In this document: positions 25,450-39,400 of the stretch, piece by piece
Layout of the letters: each line of letters opens with the position of its first letter
Numbering within the stretch: position 1 is the stretch's first letter
NCBI RefSeq assembly: GCF_006345805.1
Contig: NC_043009.1
Location: 19,282,001 to 19,346,000, forward strand
Origin: Octopus sinensis
Lineage: Eukaryota
Direction: 5' to 3'
Length of the DNA: 64,000 nt
Notes under the pieces: model-generated
Databases searched by the model: none
Seen by the model: the letters and a program-made list of their open reading frames with translations, nothing else
Told to the model about the DNA's origin: nothing
Translations under genes and position numbers: made by a program

Positions 25450-26585
25450 AATCTTGCAACATAAATTCATAAACGTGTATATATGTGACCGCGTGTGTAT
25501 CGTTGGTGATTTTCTTTCTCTATCTTCCCTTCCTTTTTCTATGTTTCTGACGAAGTGCTCTGCTCGAAACGTTAAATCCTTCTCTTTCTTTCTATTCAAC
25601 ACTATTGTGCAAACTCTCCCTTTACTAACTAGAGATCCAAAAATGAACGACATCCTGAAAACACACAAACTCATCAAATGCAAAAAACAAGACAAATCGC
25701 ATAAAGAGACTACTAACAAATGCGAAGCTTTACAAAACAACCACGAAACCAATGGTTGAAAAATGTGGACGCCCGAACTGTGGAACCTGTCCCAACCTGC
25801 TTGAAGGCTCGGATTTCCTTTTCAAACAAGGACAGAGGTTCACAATTAAAACTAGTTTCACCTGTGCCTCTGAGAACCTAATTTATGTAATAACCTGCTC
25901 GGGTTGCGGTCATCAGTACATTGGACAAACGAGTTTAACTTTGAGAAAGAGAATCACTCTGCATAAGGAGCAAATCCGTTTCCCGCGCAAAACAGACAAA
26001 TTCCTCTTAGTGAACACATAGAAAAATGTGCAGGTAACATCAAACCAAATTTCACAGTCTTCCCTTTCTACCAGTGCAAAGACGCAATCTCTCAATTAGA
26101 ACGCTTAAATAAAGAAACTTTTTTCATTGAAAAATACAAAACACGTCTGAATATGCACGCATAACCAACTTTTATATTTTTACATATTACATCACTGTAC
26201 ATAAATCCCCTACTAAACAAGGTCTTTTTTAAAAACCTGTCTCTTTTTTGTACACATATTTATTCCCCACCCAAAACCTGAACAGTTATCTCCCTTACAG
26301 ACAACAATAACAATAATAACAACCAATTACCTCCCTTTATTTGTTTACTTGTAAAGTCATTCACTCGTGAATTTCATCACGCACAACATGGACCAAATTT
26401 CTTCTTAAGAAAAAATATATATTCATATAAATTAAACATTATATCATGAATAGCGATAGCGAAACCGGTCGATATATTAAAAATAATATTAAAACCATGT
26501 AAGTGTGCGTATTTTCCTTTTTTAATTTCTTATATACATTACAACCCACAACGTGGGGACAACCGAAATTCCTCTTTTCTGTTAC

Positions 26586-26590
<5 letters not shown>
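25450..26590 (+). mobile_element. 5'-truncated Neptune-like PLE: linker Cys motif plus GIY-YIG, hammerhead-like motif at each end
   Basis: KCGRPNCGTC and LIYVITCSGCGHQYIGQT..RKRITLH, then after a frameshift SEHIEKC...KETFFIEKYKTRLNMHA* (ends 26164). Motifs at 25544-25577 and 26440-26476. Confidence 0.85.
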
Positions 26591-26650
<60 letters not shown>

Positions 26651-27039
26651 GTGAATATAGGACCATATTATGAATGAGATAAAATACATCTAACAACCTC
26701 ATTTAATGTCGTCTTTACTGATTTTTTTGGCGCTATAATGTAGTTTAAGGAAGACTTGGCTGTTATTTCTAGCAGACGGAGAGATCACCAAAAAGTTTCG
26801 TCATCGCTGTTTCTGCAAATTTTCATGACAAAATATTGTTCCGACATAATATGTTGGCAATCGACGACTTCAATGGTTCAAAATTAACAAACTTTACATG
26901 TTCAAGTAGTTTTCGTTATCAGCATGCACAAACTACATGAGGTTTCGAAAATAATCGAGTGAAAATTGAAAAAAATTTAAGTGATGAAAATTTAATAAGA
27001 TCTATCAGGTTTTAAAAATAAGCATTGAGGGAGGTTTGT

Positions 27040-27535
<496 letters not shown>

Positions 27536-27849
27536 GAGAAAAACCCACACATACATACATACATACAGAAGTTTATCATTTAAATATATATGAGCATGTC
27601 TAGATATGCAAGTATATGCATGAGAAGACGAACATTAAACAAAACATACAAATCTGCACATATACATACATACATGCATGCAAAATACCTTGTTGATGTT
27701 GAAATTCCAGTGAAGGAGCCTTGGATCTAGGGTAGAAACTGGCTCTTTCTCTACTGGCAAGAAATCTTGAAATGAAACTAAATAATGACATACATACATA
27801 CAGGCAGGCAGGCAGGCAGGCAGATTAACGCCTGTCTATATGCTCTGGA

Positions 27850-29085
27850 TACAACTGCAAAGCAGTAAATGAACGACATTCAAAAAGTCAACAAAATCGA
27901 AACAACAAAGTACCATCATGGGTTTTGAAGACAGAGAAAGAGAAAGCTGATTAACGGAAGACCATCAGCCATGTGATGATGCTTATTGCATGCAAACAAG
28001 CAACTCGCTGTACGTCTCTCCAACAAAAAGTGAAGAAGGAGATAGAAGTGATGTTTCGAGACAACAAAAAAGGGGACACTCACTTGCAAACTGATTATCC
28101 TCAAGCAGGAGATGGAGAAGAAGCTCAGGAACGGCTTCAGAGAGGGAAGACCAACCATCAGTCACATTCTAACGCTGAGGAGGTTATTAGAGGGAGCTAG
28201 AGCAAAGAGTCTTCTTGTTATAGTTTTCATTGACTTTTAGAGGACCTTTGATTCTGAGGACCGTCACTGCCTGATGAAAATCTTATGGAATCCCTAAGAA
28301 GATGCTGGATCTGATGTCACTGCTCTACATCAACACCAGATGCTGAGTTTGCTGACGACATAGTTTTGATGACAAACACAATGAGGGATGCAGGAGGTAG
28401 AGACTGTGTCGATGAGCGTGGAGCTGAAACTAAATGAGATTAAGACGAAGTTTCTGGTAGAGAACATTAAGAAGTCAGAGAAGATTATGAATGTAGGCGG
28501 GAAGCCACTAGAGTTGGTGGAGGACTTCTTGTATCTGGAAGCAAAGATTGGGAACACAGAGGATGAGATAGTTGAGAGGAAGAACAAAGCTTGTGTGGCA
28601 TGCCACAGTTTGAGATTTGTATGGAAGTCGGACCTTCGTAAAGACCTGAAGATCTGGCTCTTTGTCGCTGCAGTGGAGTCTGTGCTGTTATATGTGTCTG
28701 AGATTTGAATACTGACCAAGAAACTCACTCAGATGGGTGCTACACGAGAATGATGAGGATGGCTCTGAACATTAATCAGTATACGCTGAAGATGAAGAAC
28801 TCGGAGCTGTACGAGAGCCTCTCAAAAGTTAGCCTGAAAATAACACAGAGGAAACTAAGGTTAGTCGGACATGCTCACCGTCATTCAGAGTTGATACTGC
28901 ACTCAGTGCTCCAGTGAGAGCCCCATACATGGACACACTAGAAGAAGGAGACCGAGGATGATATGTGTTGATGCCCTAAGGACAGACACTCGTCTCTGGG
29001 AGAGGCAGGAGATGGCACCGATGATGAGGGACAAAGACCTCTGGAGAAAACTCGTCCATGGATCTCGGGAACTTTACCTGCCCTA
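27850..29085 (+). pseudogene. RTEX/RTE-type LINE, degenerate RT and C-terminus
   Basis: FADDIVL, KLNEIKTK..VEDFLYLE, LFVAAVESVLLY, DGCYTRMMRMALNI, QRKLRLVGHAHRH. Confidence 0.8.
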
Positions 29086-29093
29086 TATATATA

Positions 29094-29144
29094 TAGAAAG
29101 AACAGCTAGGTTCTGTAAACCACAGAACCTAGCTGTTCTTTCTA
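29094..29144. repeat. Perfect 23-bp hairpin with 5-nt loop
   Basis: tagaaagaacagctaggttctgt-aaacc-acagaacctagctgttctttcta. Confidence 0.95.
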
Positions 29145-29316
29145 ATGTGTTGAATTCCCTACAAGTGGATTCCTTATGTGTATAAATATACACTATATCG
29201 TATGACTAATACATAGTCTTCTTGACTAATTTTTTTTGCACGTTAGACCACTGGGAATGTAAATTTTGATTGAATGTTTTAATTTTAATTAAATTCCATT
29301 TCCTTTTGACATGATT

Positions 29317-29418
<102 letters not shown>

Positions 29419-30016
29419 GTGTGTATTCTTTTATTCTTTTATGCGGTTCAGCTCAAAGGGTGTGGTCATGCTTGGGCACCGCCAGTGTTATCACCTTTTC
29501 AATGGTCATTCTTATGTGACTGGCTTTTTGTGAAGGAGGGAGTTTAATGATGCTGCCCTCTTTTTGAGTTTCTTGCCGTGATGTAGGTTCATCTGGGACC
29601 TTGGACAGCTGGAGATCAAGTTGTTTCTTGACCTACTCCATATAATTACGCGCGCGCGCATACACACACACATAATGAAGCATGTCCAAATAATACTGAT
29701 ATAAATTAGTAATATAGACGATTGCAAAAATAATTAGTAACAATGGAAATGCTGAAAATCGTTATATTATTTTTATTGATGGTAATGAAAATAATATAAA
29801 CAGCACTAAGAATGGTTTCAAATTTTGGCCATTCTTGTCAGTAAATTTCGGTACTAATTAATAGAAGAAAAGTTGGTAAAGAATTGTAATTGTAAGGACA
29901 GAAACGTATGTCGTTTGCGAATTGAATGCCTTCGTATGAACGTCATAAACAAAAGTACAGTTAGAACAATATCAGATGCATTTGTATGTATGTATATATA
30001 TATGTGTGTATATACA

Positions 30017-30126
<110 letters not shown>

Positions 30127-30151
30127 CATACATATATATATATATACATAC

Positions 30152-30184
<33 letters not shown>

Positions 30185-30196
30185 CATGTGTGCATT

Positions 30197-30253
<57 letters not shown>

Positions 30254-30254
30254 C

Positions 30255-30296
<42 letters not shown>

Positions 30297-30319
30297 TGTG
30301 TGTGTGTGCATGTGTGCAT

Positions 30320-30363
<44 letters not shown>

Positions 30364-31079
30364 TTATTATAATTATTAGGGAATATTACTTCCGAGTACA
30401 CAGGAAAAAAACATTCAAATTAGATGTACTAAAATGAACAACACTCAATGTTTAATTCGTATATATAAAAGTATTTTTAGAGACTCAATCAATCACACTG
30501 AAAGATTTTATACCCCACCACTGCATAGAATGTTAAATATTAAATATCATACTAACTATATCTATTTTGAATCCCGTATTTTCCATTTATAAGACTACGC
30601 GTGTTTCATGAAAGTACGTCGGTATTGATTAGATACAAGGTATCTAGTTTCAATATTTAATCGAGTCGACAAACTCCCAATCTTCAAGTCTAGATTCCTC
30701 AACATTTTTCACTACCCCTACCTCTTATATACTCTATATCTTCAACATAATCTTACTTAACATATACAAATGAATGGAAATACAAATAATAATTAAAAAT
30801 AATAACTGAATATTAAACATTTTAGGAGTAAAAACTTAAGGAATAAAAATTTAAGGAATAAGCATTTAAGGAAAAAAATTTAAAGAGAAAAAATACGAGT
30901 AAAAATTACGAACAAAAGTTACGAATAACGAATAAAGAATAGAGAACTGCGAATAAGCAAATACGAAATAAAAATGAAATAATAATGAAATAAAAATAGA
31001 GACGAAAATAAAGCGAATGTTAACTTATTTTTTCTTTCCTCGGCGAAAATTAGACATAGCTACATCTTGCAAATACTAC

Positions 31080-34050
31080 AAGGACCAGCTTAGTAAACTA
31101 GTTAAGCGGAAGTTGATGGGGTCTATCGTTAACAATCGGTCGTGGATCGCTTTGGAGAGAGCGATTAGAGTAAAATCGATAGCATTTCGCAAAGATCTAG
31201 CTAGAGAAAGAAATAGATTAAAAGAAGAACTAGTTAGCGAACTAGAAGAGGCTCTTAGTAAAGGCATCGTGACAGACGAGTTAACGGCGAGAATGGTCCT
31301 TCACCATTTCTTTGAGGCGAAACACGAAGGGTGCGTTGTCAGAGCTAAGGCCTGTGCGTTAAAACACGAAAAAAACTAAAAAAAACTAAAAAACTAAAGC
31401 CGTCCGATGAGTAGAGACGCGACATGGAAACAAAATCACGATCAAGTCTTTGACGGATCAAGACAGACGTGTGCTACTTGGTTCTGAGCAGATGTGTGCA
31501 GCTTTCCTGCAGCACTTTGCGCGGCTGTTTGGGGAGGATGATGGGGTGACAATGATAGTGAAATTTTCTTCGTACCTAGACGGCCTACCACGGCTCTCGA
31601 TAAAAGACACGAGATTCTTCGAAAAGCCGATTACAGCCTCTGGAATACGAGAGATGATGAGCGATTGCATAAGTCGCAAATCATCCTGTTTGGAATTCAT
31701 AGTGTTGTTAGCCAGGGTGTGGTAACATTGCTGAGAAAGACGCCGACAATGGGGACGTGCTGGGGAATTTACGGTCCATAACTCTGCTAAACACAGAGTT
31801 TAACATTTTGGCCAAGGTATTAGCGAAAAGGTTGGCGCTTGTCGTTTGTAGTCAGGTCTGTGAAGCACAAACATGCGAAATCCCGAGCAGGTCTATCCAC
31901 GACAACCTCCACCTAATGTGATACATCGTAGAGAGGGCTGGGATTAAAGCTGGCCTCGGTAGGGCCCTGATCAATTTAGATCAGACGAAAGCTTTCGATA
32001 GGGTAGAACATCGCTACTTGGACGCCGTCATTAAAGCAGCTGGTTTCAGACCCGTTTTCAGTGGCTGGATTGCTGCAATGCACAGCGGTACCTGCTCGGT
32101 GATCAAAGTAAATTGCCGCCTATCGGAACCGTTTAGTATTGTACATTCAGTCCGTCAGAGATGCCCTCTATCACCTCTTCTGTATGTGCTGGCTCTCGAT
32201 CCACTGCTGCAGAAGTTGGAACAGTTCAGAGGCCTGCCTTTCGAAATTGGACTGGGGAGGGTAGTGTCTCCATACGCGGACGGCGTCACCGTCATGGTGT
32301 CGGCGCCTCCGAACTGGAGATGGTCAGCTCCTTTGTAAAGGAATATGAGTCGGTTGTAGGGGCTAAAATCAAAGCTGACAATACGGTGGGATTGCGACTG
32401 GGTATCTGGGATGGCAGATTGTCGTCGGACGCTGGGCTGACGGGCCAGTTAAACTGCTCGGTGTCTGGTTTGGTCCCGACTTCCAGGTAGATAAGAATAG
32501 GGAAGAGATGACGAACAGGGTGACTTCACTTGCCCAGAAATGGGCCGAGAGGAAGTTGTCCCTGAAAGGTCGGGCAAAGGTGGTGAATGCCTACATCGCC
32601 TCTATCTCGTGCCTGCCCCATTTACTGCTTGATTAGATTGGAGCGTATCCTATTTAATTTCTTGAAGAAAGGACGCCTTCCAATGGTCAAGCAGTCGGTC
32701 TGCTACCAACCTCCTTTTCGTGGCGGCTTAGGCATTCCATGGCTTTTAATGCGCAAACACGCACTCAAGTTGCGCCACCTGCAGCGATTTCTAGAAGGAT
32801 AGGCAGAAACTGGGTGCCTGGGACTTGGAATGTTGTCAGGCGCTCAAGTCGGGCAATAGGATCAGTGGATGTTCCACTTTAGATATTTACAGAGGATTAG
32901 TAGCGGGGAAGTGCGACGATGTTTTCGGGAAGAACCTAGGCGTCGACAAAGAATTGGGGCGAAGTGACAGACAGGGTGGCTCGTCTAACCCAGAAATGGG
33001 CCATGAGGAAGCTGTCCCTGAAAGGTAGGGCGGCGATGGCGAATGTGTACCGTTATATACTACCGCCAGACTATCTTCCCTTGCCCTGCTTCGTAGATGA
33101 ACGGGCTAGTGCGTTTGCTCTTCCGCTTCCTATGGAAGGGAGAGATACCGCTTGACAGACGGTATCTTTGCTGCCGGTACCCGTTGCGTGGAGGACTGGG
33201 CATGCTGTGACTGAGGATGTGCAGACATGTGCTCAGGCTGCAACATCTTCAGAGATACCTCAACGGTCGGCAGGCGTGGTTGCCATTTGTTCAGCACACT
33301 TCTCCGCAGCTCATCTCCTTGACGGAGCTACAGTCCTGGAGCAAGCGTAGACCCAGGTAGAGCGCTTGGAACCTAAAGTGTCTCCAAGCGCACAGGTCTC
33401 TCGGCCAGTCAGGCAATGTGGTCGGTGGACGTTCCACTTTGGAGTTCTATAGGGGATCAGTGGAGAGCAAGAATAACGTACTCGGAGAGGTCGTGGGCAT
33501 CGGAGGGAGGATAAACTGGTTGGTCTTTTCCGGAGGATTTTCCGGACGGTAACTATTGATAACTTCCAGAAATCCCTGACCTGGCAGTGTTACTGGGAGG
33601 CGCTGCCAGTTCGAGATAAGCTCTGCAGGCACGAGTGTGCAGTTAGTCGGGCTTGTCTGAGATGCACGCGGAGCGATGAAACCGTTCTGTATGTTCTTGT
33701 ACAGTGTCCGCGCATTACTGACTTGTGGAGCTTTGTCGAACAGTTATTGTCACGTGCAAGGAGGATCCGGCTATCGCCCGAGTCCATTGCGAAGATCATC
33801 CCACCTTCTTCCTTTGCCCGGGAAGGGAGAGCAATTTTTCTCTGACTGGTGGACGCGATCGAAAAGGTTGAAGATGGGTACCTTCTTCTTTGGCCAAGGC
33901 CTCATTGGATTTTTCAGGTTCCATCAGAAAAGGCAAGGTTCCATCAAAAAAGAAAGAGGGGGATACTGTCACCCAGTAAGTTCGTTGAAAGGTGGGTGAA
34001 TGTGGCAAGAATGGCCCGCGTTAATGGGCCTACTCTAAGTATGCGCCTGT
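31080..34050 (+). pseudogene. Tx1/L1-clade LINE ORF2, degenerate and rearranged
   Basis: RSITLLNTEFNILAKVLAKRL, SIHDNLHL, LDQTKAFDRVEH, SVRQRCPLSPLLY, YADGVT, and zf-RVT ALPVRDKL..CLRC..DETVLYVLVQCP. The segment WA.RKLSLKGRA occurs twice (32540, 32995). Confidence 0.88.
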
Positions 34051-34256
34051 AGGCTGGATAGAAGGGAGAGTAGAGGTGCCTTGCTGAAGAACCTTTGGTG
34101 TTAAGGGGTCTAAAGTGCGTGAGGTCTCTTTCATCATCTTACGGTGGAGAAGCATAATGTTGATTTAATCTCTTTGTTAATCGTTTAACCACACTGTTCC
34201 TTTATGTGTTGTGTTCGGCCTTGGTGGCCAATAAATAAAGTATTATTATCGTTATT

Positions 34257-34723
34257 GAGTGAGAGAGCAGTGCATGCCATCAAAGTGACACTACGATAAA
34301 ATATACGAAGCCCGGTATACCCATCATGACTACCCGTCTGATAATGGTACACCAGGCACATGCATCACAACCATATATGCGCGACATGGTGATCTCATAT
34401 CAAGATAAACAGCACATGACCTTGTAAGTAGGACCCAGTTAGAATTTCCTTCAGGTCGAGTAGCCCATCCCGCTCAAAAGGTCACTGAATAAGGGTTGTT
34501 TAAGAATGTTGAACGAAACACCCATATTTCCAAAAGTGAATTATCCAAACCCCAAAGAATTCCTCTCAACACATGGCTATGATGTTTTCCCGCTACTTCT
34601 GCTCGTGATCAGAGATGAACATATAAGTGAGCCACTAAGGGATATGCTCAACTTGTTAAGTTCAGACAACAATGTACATGATAACGCTTTCAATCAGTTA
34701 AGATTAGAAGCCATGGGAGCCAC

Positions 34724-34724
<1 letters not shown>
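34257..34724. mobile_element. Non-coding interspersed repeat bounded by (ATT)n, copy 1
   Basis: Homologous to 35800-36356 but lacking about 80 bp and the last ~25 bp. Confidence 0.85.
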
Positions 34725-34763
<39 letters not shown>

Positions 34764-34764
<1 letters not shown>

Positions 34765-35722
34765 TATCTTTGACTTTTGCTTTATGTCTGTACAAGTTGG
34801 CTCCAAGTCTCACCCAGAGACCTCTAGAGACGACAGGTTGGAAGTTCTGTGCCATATATTTGGGGGTTTTTTTTTTTTGGTGTTGTACTAGTGAATGTCT
34901 AATACATAAAAATAAAAAAAAAATTTTTTTTAAATAAAATAAAATAAAATAAAATAAATAAATAAAAAAAAGTTTGTTTTAAACCTTGGGATTACATAGA
35001 GAGTATTTTGCGTAGGATATGAGCAGTTCCCATGAGCACTATCTTTTGAATTTCTGCCATTTTGGGGTTTCCTGGTATCTGAGTTAGGTAGCAATTAGTC
35101 CCTTTCGCTATCATTCCCAGGGCACCTATGACAACAGGTATTGTTTTAGTCTTCAGCTTCCACATTTTGCTGATTTCTATTTCAAGATCTTTATATTTGC
35201 TCAGTTTTTGGTAGGTCTTGACAGATACGTTTATATCGATTGGGACAGTCATATCAATGAGGAGGCATGTTCTTTGTCTGAAGTCTTTCAATATGATGTC
35301 TGGCCTATTTGCATCTATCTTCCTGTCAGTTTGAATGGTGAAGTTCCAGAGGAGTGAGATGTGGTCATTTTCAAGCACTGGAGGTGGATTGTGTTCCCAC
35401 CAGTTTTTTTCATTGGGCAAATCCAGGTTTTTGCAAATTACCCAGTGAATATATTGTGCAGCTCTATCATGCCTGTTGAGGTACTCTGTAGGCGCTAGAA
35501 GACTGCATTTCGAGACAACATGATCAATGGTTTCATTTTGTTGTCGGCATACACGACATGTTGGGCTACTGCCGTTCTTTAATATGTTGGCCTGGTAGTT
35601 TCTTGTTGGTAGGCATTGATCTTGAGCTGCTATGATAAACCCCTCTGTTTCAGATTTTAAGCCAGAGGCCATTAGCCATTGATGGGTCAGGGCTTTGTCA
35701 ATATCTGCATTATTCGCTCTCT
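34764..35722 (-). mobile_element. R4/Dong-type RLE LINE, 5'-truncated, intact C-terminal ORF 35672-34992, in (TAA)n
   Basis: GLKSETEGFIIAAQDQ, CRVCRQQNETIDHVVSKC, RHD, NRPDII..LIDMTVP, KLSKYKDL, IPVVIGALG; the 3' UTR ends in (TAA)n. Confidence 0.93.
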
Positions 35723-35733
35723 TTATTATTATG

Positions 35734-35799
<66 letters not shown>

Positions 35800-36356
35800 G
35801 AGTGAGAGAGCCGTTCATGCCATCAAAGTGACACTGGGGTAAAATATACGAAGCCCAATATACCCATCATGACTACCCGTCTGATAAAGGTACACCAGGC
35901 ACATGCATCACAACCATATGAGCGCGACATGGTGATCTCATATCAAGATAAACAGCACATGACCTTGCAGGTGGGGCCCAGTTAGAATTTTCTTCAGGTT
36001 GAGTAGCCCATCCCGCTCAAACGGTCCCTGAATAAGAGTTGTTTAAGGATGTTGAAAAAACCACCCATGTTTCCAGAGCCGAATTATTCAAACCCCAAAG
36101 AATCCCTCTCAACACATGGCTATGATGTTTTCCCACTACTTCTGCTCGTGATCAGAGATGCACATATCGTCAGCCACTAAGGGACATGCTCAACTGGTTA
36201 AGGTCAAACAACTGACAAGCAAATCTGTGGTATTGAGCAGAATATTTGCTGTAGCCCATCTTTTATACCAAGACAAAACAATGTACATGATGACACTTCC
36301 AATCAGTTAAGATCAGAAGCCATGAGAGCCACTGCCTGGTACTGCATCAGGGCATT
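35800..36356. mobile_element. Non-coding interspersed repeat bounded by (ATT)n, copy 2
   Basis: gagtgagagagc...tgcatcagggcattt, homologous to copy 1. Confidence 0.85.
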
Positions 36357-36367
36357 TATTATTATTA

Positions 36368-36432
<65 letters not shown>

Positions 36433-36544
36433 TTAATTATTATTATTGTTCGTTTATCAACACTTGTCGTACATCGCTGCATAAGTTTTGCTACTATTCA
36501 TATTGTTATACATTGTTTTACATTGTACATTAGTTATTTTTAGT

Positions 36545-38300
36545 TAGTTGAACAAACCAGGACCTTGGGGAACTGGTTAGTTATTTCCCATTTGTAGCCC
36601 CTTTTGGGGATTTGTTTGGGTTAAAACATCCCTTTCGTTTCGCTAAAATCAAAGATAGCGAACGAAAATCGCCCGTCGTCTGAAAAGAATAGCAGATTAT
36701 CAGCAAGACAGAACAGCCAAGTTGAACTTGACACTTTCGCAGCGGAAGCAGCCAAAATCAGACCACGATTCAACCTCACAAACAAAGATGAAAAGTTGGC
36801 TGAAGCCTGGTAACTCATCAAACACGAGCAGACCTGGGCCAGCTTCACTGTCCCGGCAGAGAACTTCGAAGCAGTGGAGGGAAGAACGGTACATTTCAGA
36901 TGCATCTTAGCAGAGACGCAGAAAGCTGCTTTAATGGCACCTTTCCACTCCTGGGTACTGTGAAAGGCAGATAACTTCAGTCGAAATTCAAGATGCCTTT
37001 GTCGGTTGCACGATTTGGATTGTCTATCCTATGAGTTTACGTGAATATGCCAGACTTGTTCTCTGATCTCCTCGAAGCGCTCTTCTGCAACATGCAGCAG
37101 AACGGGAGTATTCCCAGTTCTGTGAGCCGGGGTGTAGTGACGTGATAAGGGAAGACGAAATCAAGAGGGACACAGATAAATTCAGGCCCATAATTCTGCT
37201 CAACACAGAGTTTAAGATTTTAGCCAAGGTGTTTGCGAAGAGGTTGGTGTTTGTCGTCGAGGATTTGGTTGGGAAAGGGCAAACCTGCGCAAACCCGACC
37301 AGGTCCATACACGACAACCTCCACCTCATGCAATATATCACAGAAAGAGTTCTGTATAAACCTGACTTCGGTGGGGTTTTGATCAATTTAGATCAATTAA
37401 AAGCATTCGACAGAGTTGACCATCGGTACCTAGGGGCTATCTTCATGGAAGCTGGCTTCGGCCCCGTCATCAGAGCTTGGATTTGTTCGATGGTCAAAGT
37501 TTACGGTCACCTCTCGGAACCGTTTCAGATCTCCCGATCGGTCCGTTAAGGGTGCCCTTTCTCTCCCTTCTATACGTATTGACTCCTGAGCCTTTACTGT
37601 GGAAGCTGGAGCTACTGCAGCGCATCCCGCTCGAACCGGGACGCGGAAGGTCTGTGTCGGTTTATGCGGACGACCATCACAGTGATGGTGTCGGACACCT
37701 TGGAAATCGAGGTGGTCGGCACATCATTGGAGGAATATGAAAAGTTGACAGGAGCAAAGCCTAACCCGGAAAAGTTGGTGGGCTTGCAGCTCGGTACCTG
37801 GAGAAGCAAGTCTATGCCGTCCAACAGCGCTGGATGGACGGACCGGTAAAGTTGCTTGGGGTCTGGCTCGGACCAGACCTCCAAGTGGATAGGAATTGGG
37901 ACGAGGTGACGAGCAGAGTAGCCAGTCTCCTTCAGAAATGGGATGCGAGGAAGCTGTCACCTAAAGGTCGTGCGGAGGTGGCGAATACGTACATCGCATC
38001 TGTCATCTACTATCGCCTAACCGTCGTGCCTTGCCCCCAATCGCGTCTCGCCAAGTTGGAGAGCCTCCTCTTCGAATTCTTGTGGAGGGGACAGGTTCCG
38101 TTCGTGTGGCGGTCCATCTACGCGGAGGGCTGAGAATGCTGTGGCTAATGATACGTACACATGCGCTGAGCCTGCGGCATCTCCAGATATTCTGCCAAAA
38201 CAGTGAACAGGTGTGGTCGCCGTTTGTCAAACAGGCCTTTCCCCAGCTCGTCTCCTTGACTGTTTGTGCAGTAGTGGCTCGAGAGTCTGCGTACAAGAGA
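36545..38300 (+). pseudogene. Tx1/L1-clade LINE, internally deleted (5' region/ORF1 start joined to RT)
   Basis: FRPIILLNTEFKILAKVFAKRL, LDQLKAFDRVDHRYL, SVR*GCP, VYADD, WDARKLSPKGRAEVAN. Confidence 0.85.
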
Positions 38301-38309
38301 GACGAGAGG

Positions 38310-38482
38310 TGACCTTGCTGGACCGAGTGCACGATGTCGAACGGCTCTGTAGGGTGATCGTTCACTCTGACCACTGAACAGATATCGTTGTTCATTGCAA
38401 CGATCCAGTCCCAAATCCAGGCCCGAAACCAGCCGCCTTGAGGACCGCCGCTAGGTCGACCCTATCGAAAGCTTTAGACATC
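38310..38482 (-). pseudogene. Inverted Tx1/L1 RT fragment
   Basis: SKAFDRVD..AVLKAAGFGP..NNDICSVVRVNDHPTEPFDIVHSVQQG. Confidence 0.75.
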
Positions 38483-38512
38483 TTATAAAATCTCCAGGTT
38501 GACAGCATTATA

Positions 38513-38568
<56 letters not shown>

Positions 38569-38699
38569 TATTATTACTACTACTACTACAACAACAACAA
38601 CTACTACTACTATGGCCGTCAGCCTGACAAGACTCGCTTGACCTCGATCCGTAGATTTTATAAGGAAAAAACACAAAATAATGTATTTGCACCCTTCAA

Positions 38700-39400
38700 G
38701 TTTATACCATCGGGGACAACAAGTTATTGCTGTCTTGTGGCGAGTTTATTTTCCTGATTTGTCCCCTAGTTTGAGGGGACAAGTCAATTAATTTTGTTTT
38801 TTTTATTATAGTTGTTTGCGTTTTCCCCACCGACATGGAGAAAACAAACACGGTGACGCTCATATGTGAAAGAGTGAGGAGCGGCACCAAACGTCAGTGA
38901 GAGAGAGAGAATGCATGCGGAGCGACTTCGGGCTGGAAGAAAGAACAGACGACAGCTGTATTCTTGTCGAAAAAAAGGACAAAACATCCAACTGAGGCAA
39001 CTTTTTGGAGAAGGATCTCGTAGAAGATCTTCGGAAAAGTAGAGTCTCCGTTTTTGACTACATTGTTCGAAACAAGAAGAGCAATTATCGAAAATGCAAA
39101 CAATGAGAGTCCTTCCGTGAGCGAAGCAACGGACGTGTTGAGTACAAGTAACAACAATAGCAAGAACAAAAACAGCAGCAACAACATCAGCAGCACCATC
39201 AACAACCACAACAACAACAACAACGACGACGACAGCAACAAAAGCTACAACAACAATGACAAAAAACAATGAAGGACTGAGACACAAACCGGTGCAACGG
39301 CTTGGATTAGTTCTTCTAAACTTTCTTTCGCTGGAGCAACCAAGTCATCTCTTCAGAGAGTACAATTCTCTGAAGAAGAACTTTAAAATGCTAGACAACT
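38700..39400 (+). mobile_element. Tx1/L1-type 5' UTR/ORF1 start fragment
   Basis: tttgcgttttcccca...gtgacgctcat..tgtga is homologous to the minus-strand copy at 40830-40985; it contains a (AAC)n-rich ORF1 segment. Confidence 0.6.

Noticed and set aside
34506-34937. 143-aa ORF
   Set aside because: Runs across a repeat, an (ATT)n tract and the antisense of a LINE UTR; chimeric.
34257-36356. The two repeats as LTRs of one element
   Set aside because: They are too diverged, lack TG..CA ends, and are each separately bounded by (ATT)n; the internal sequence is a non-LTR fragment.
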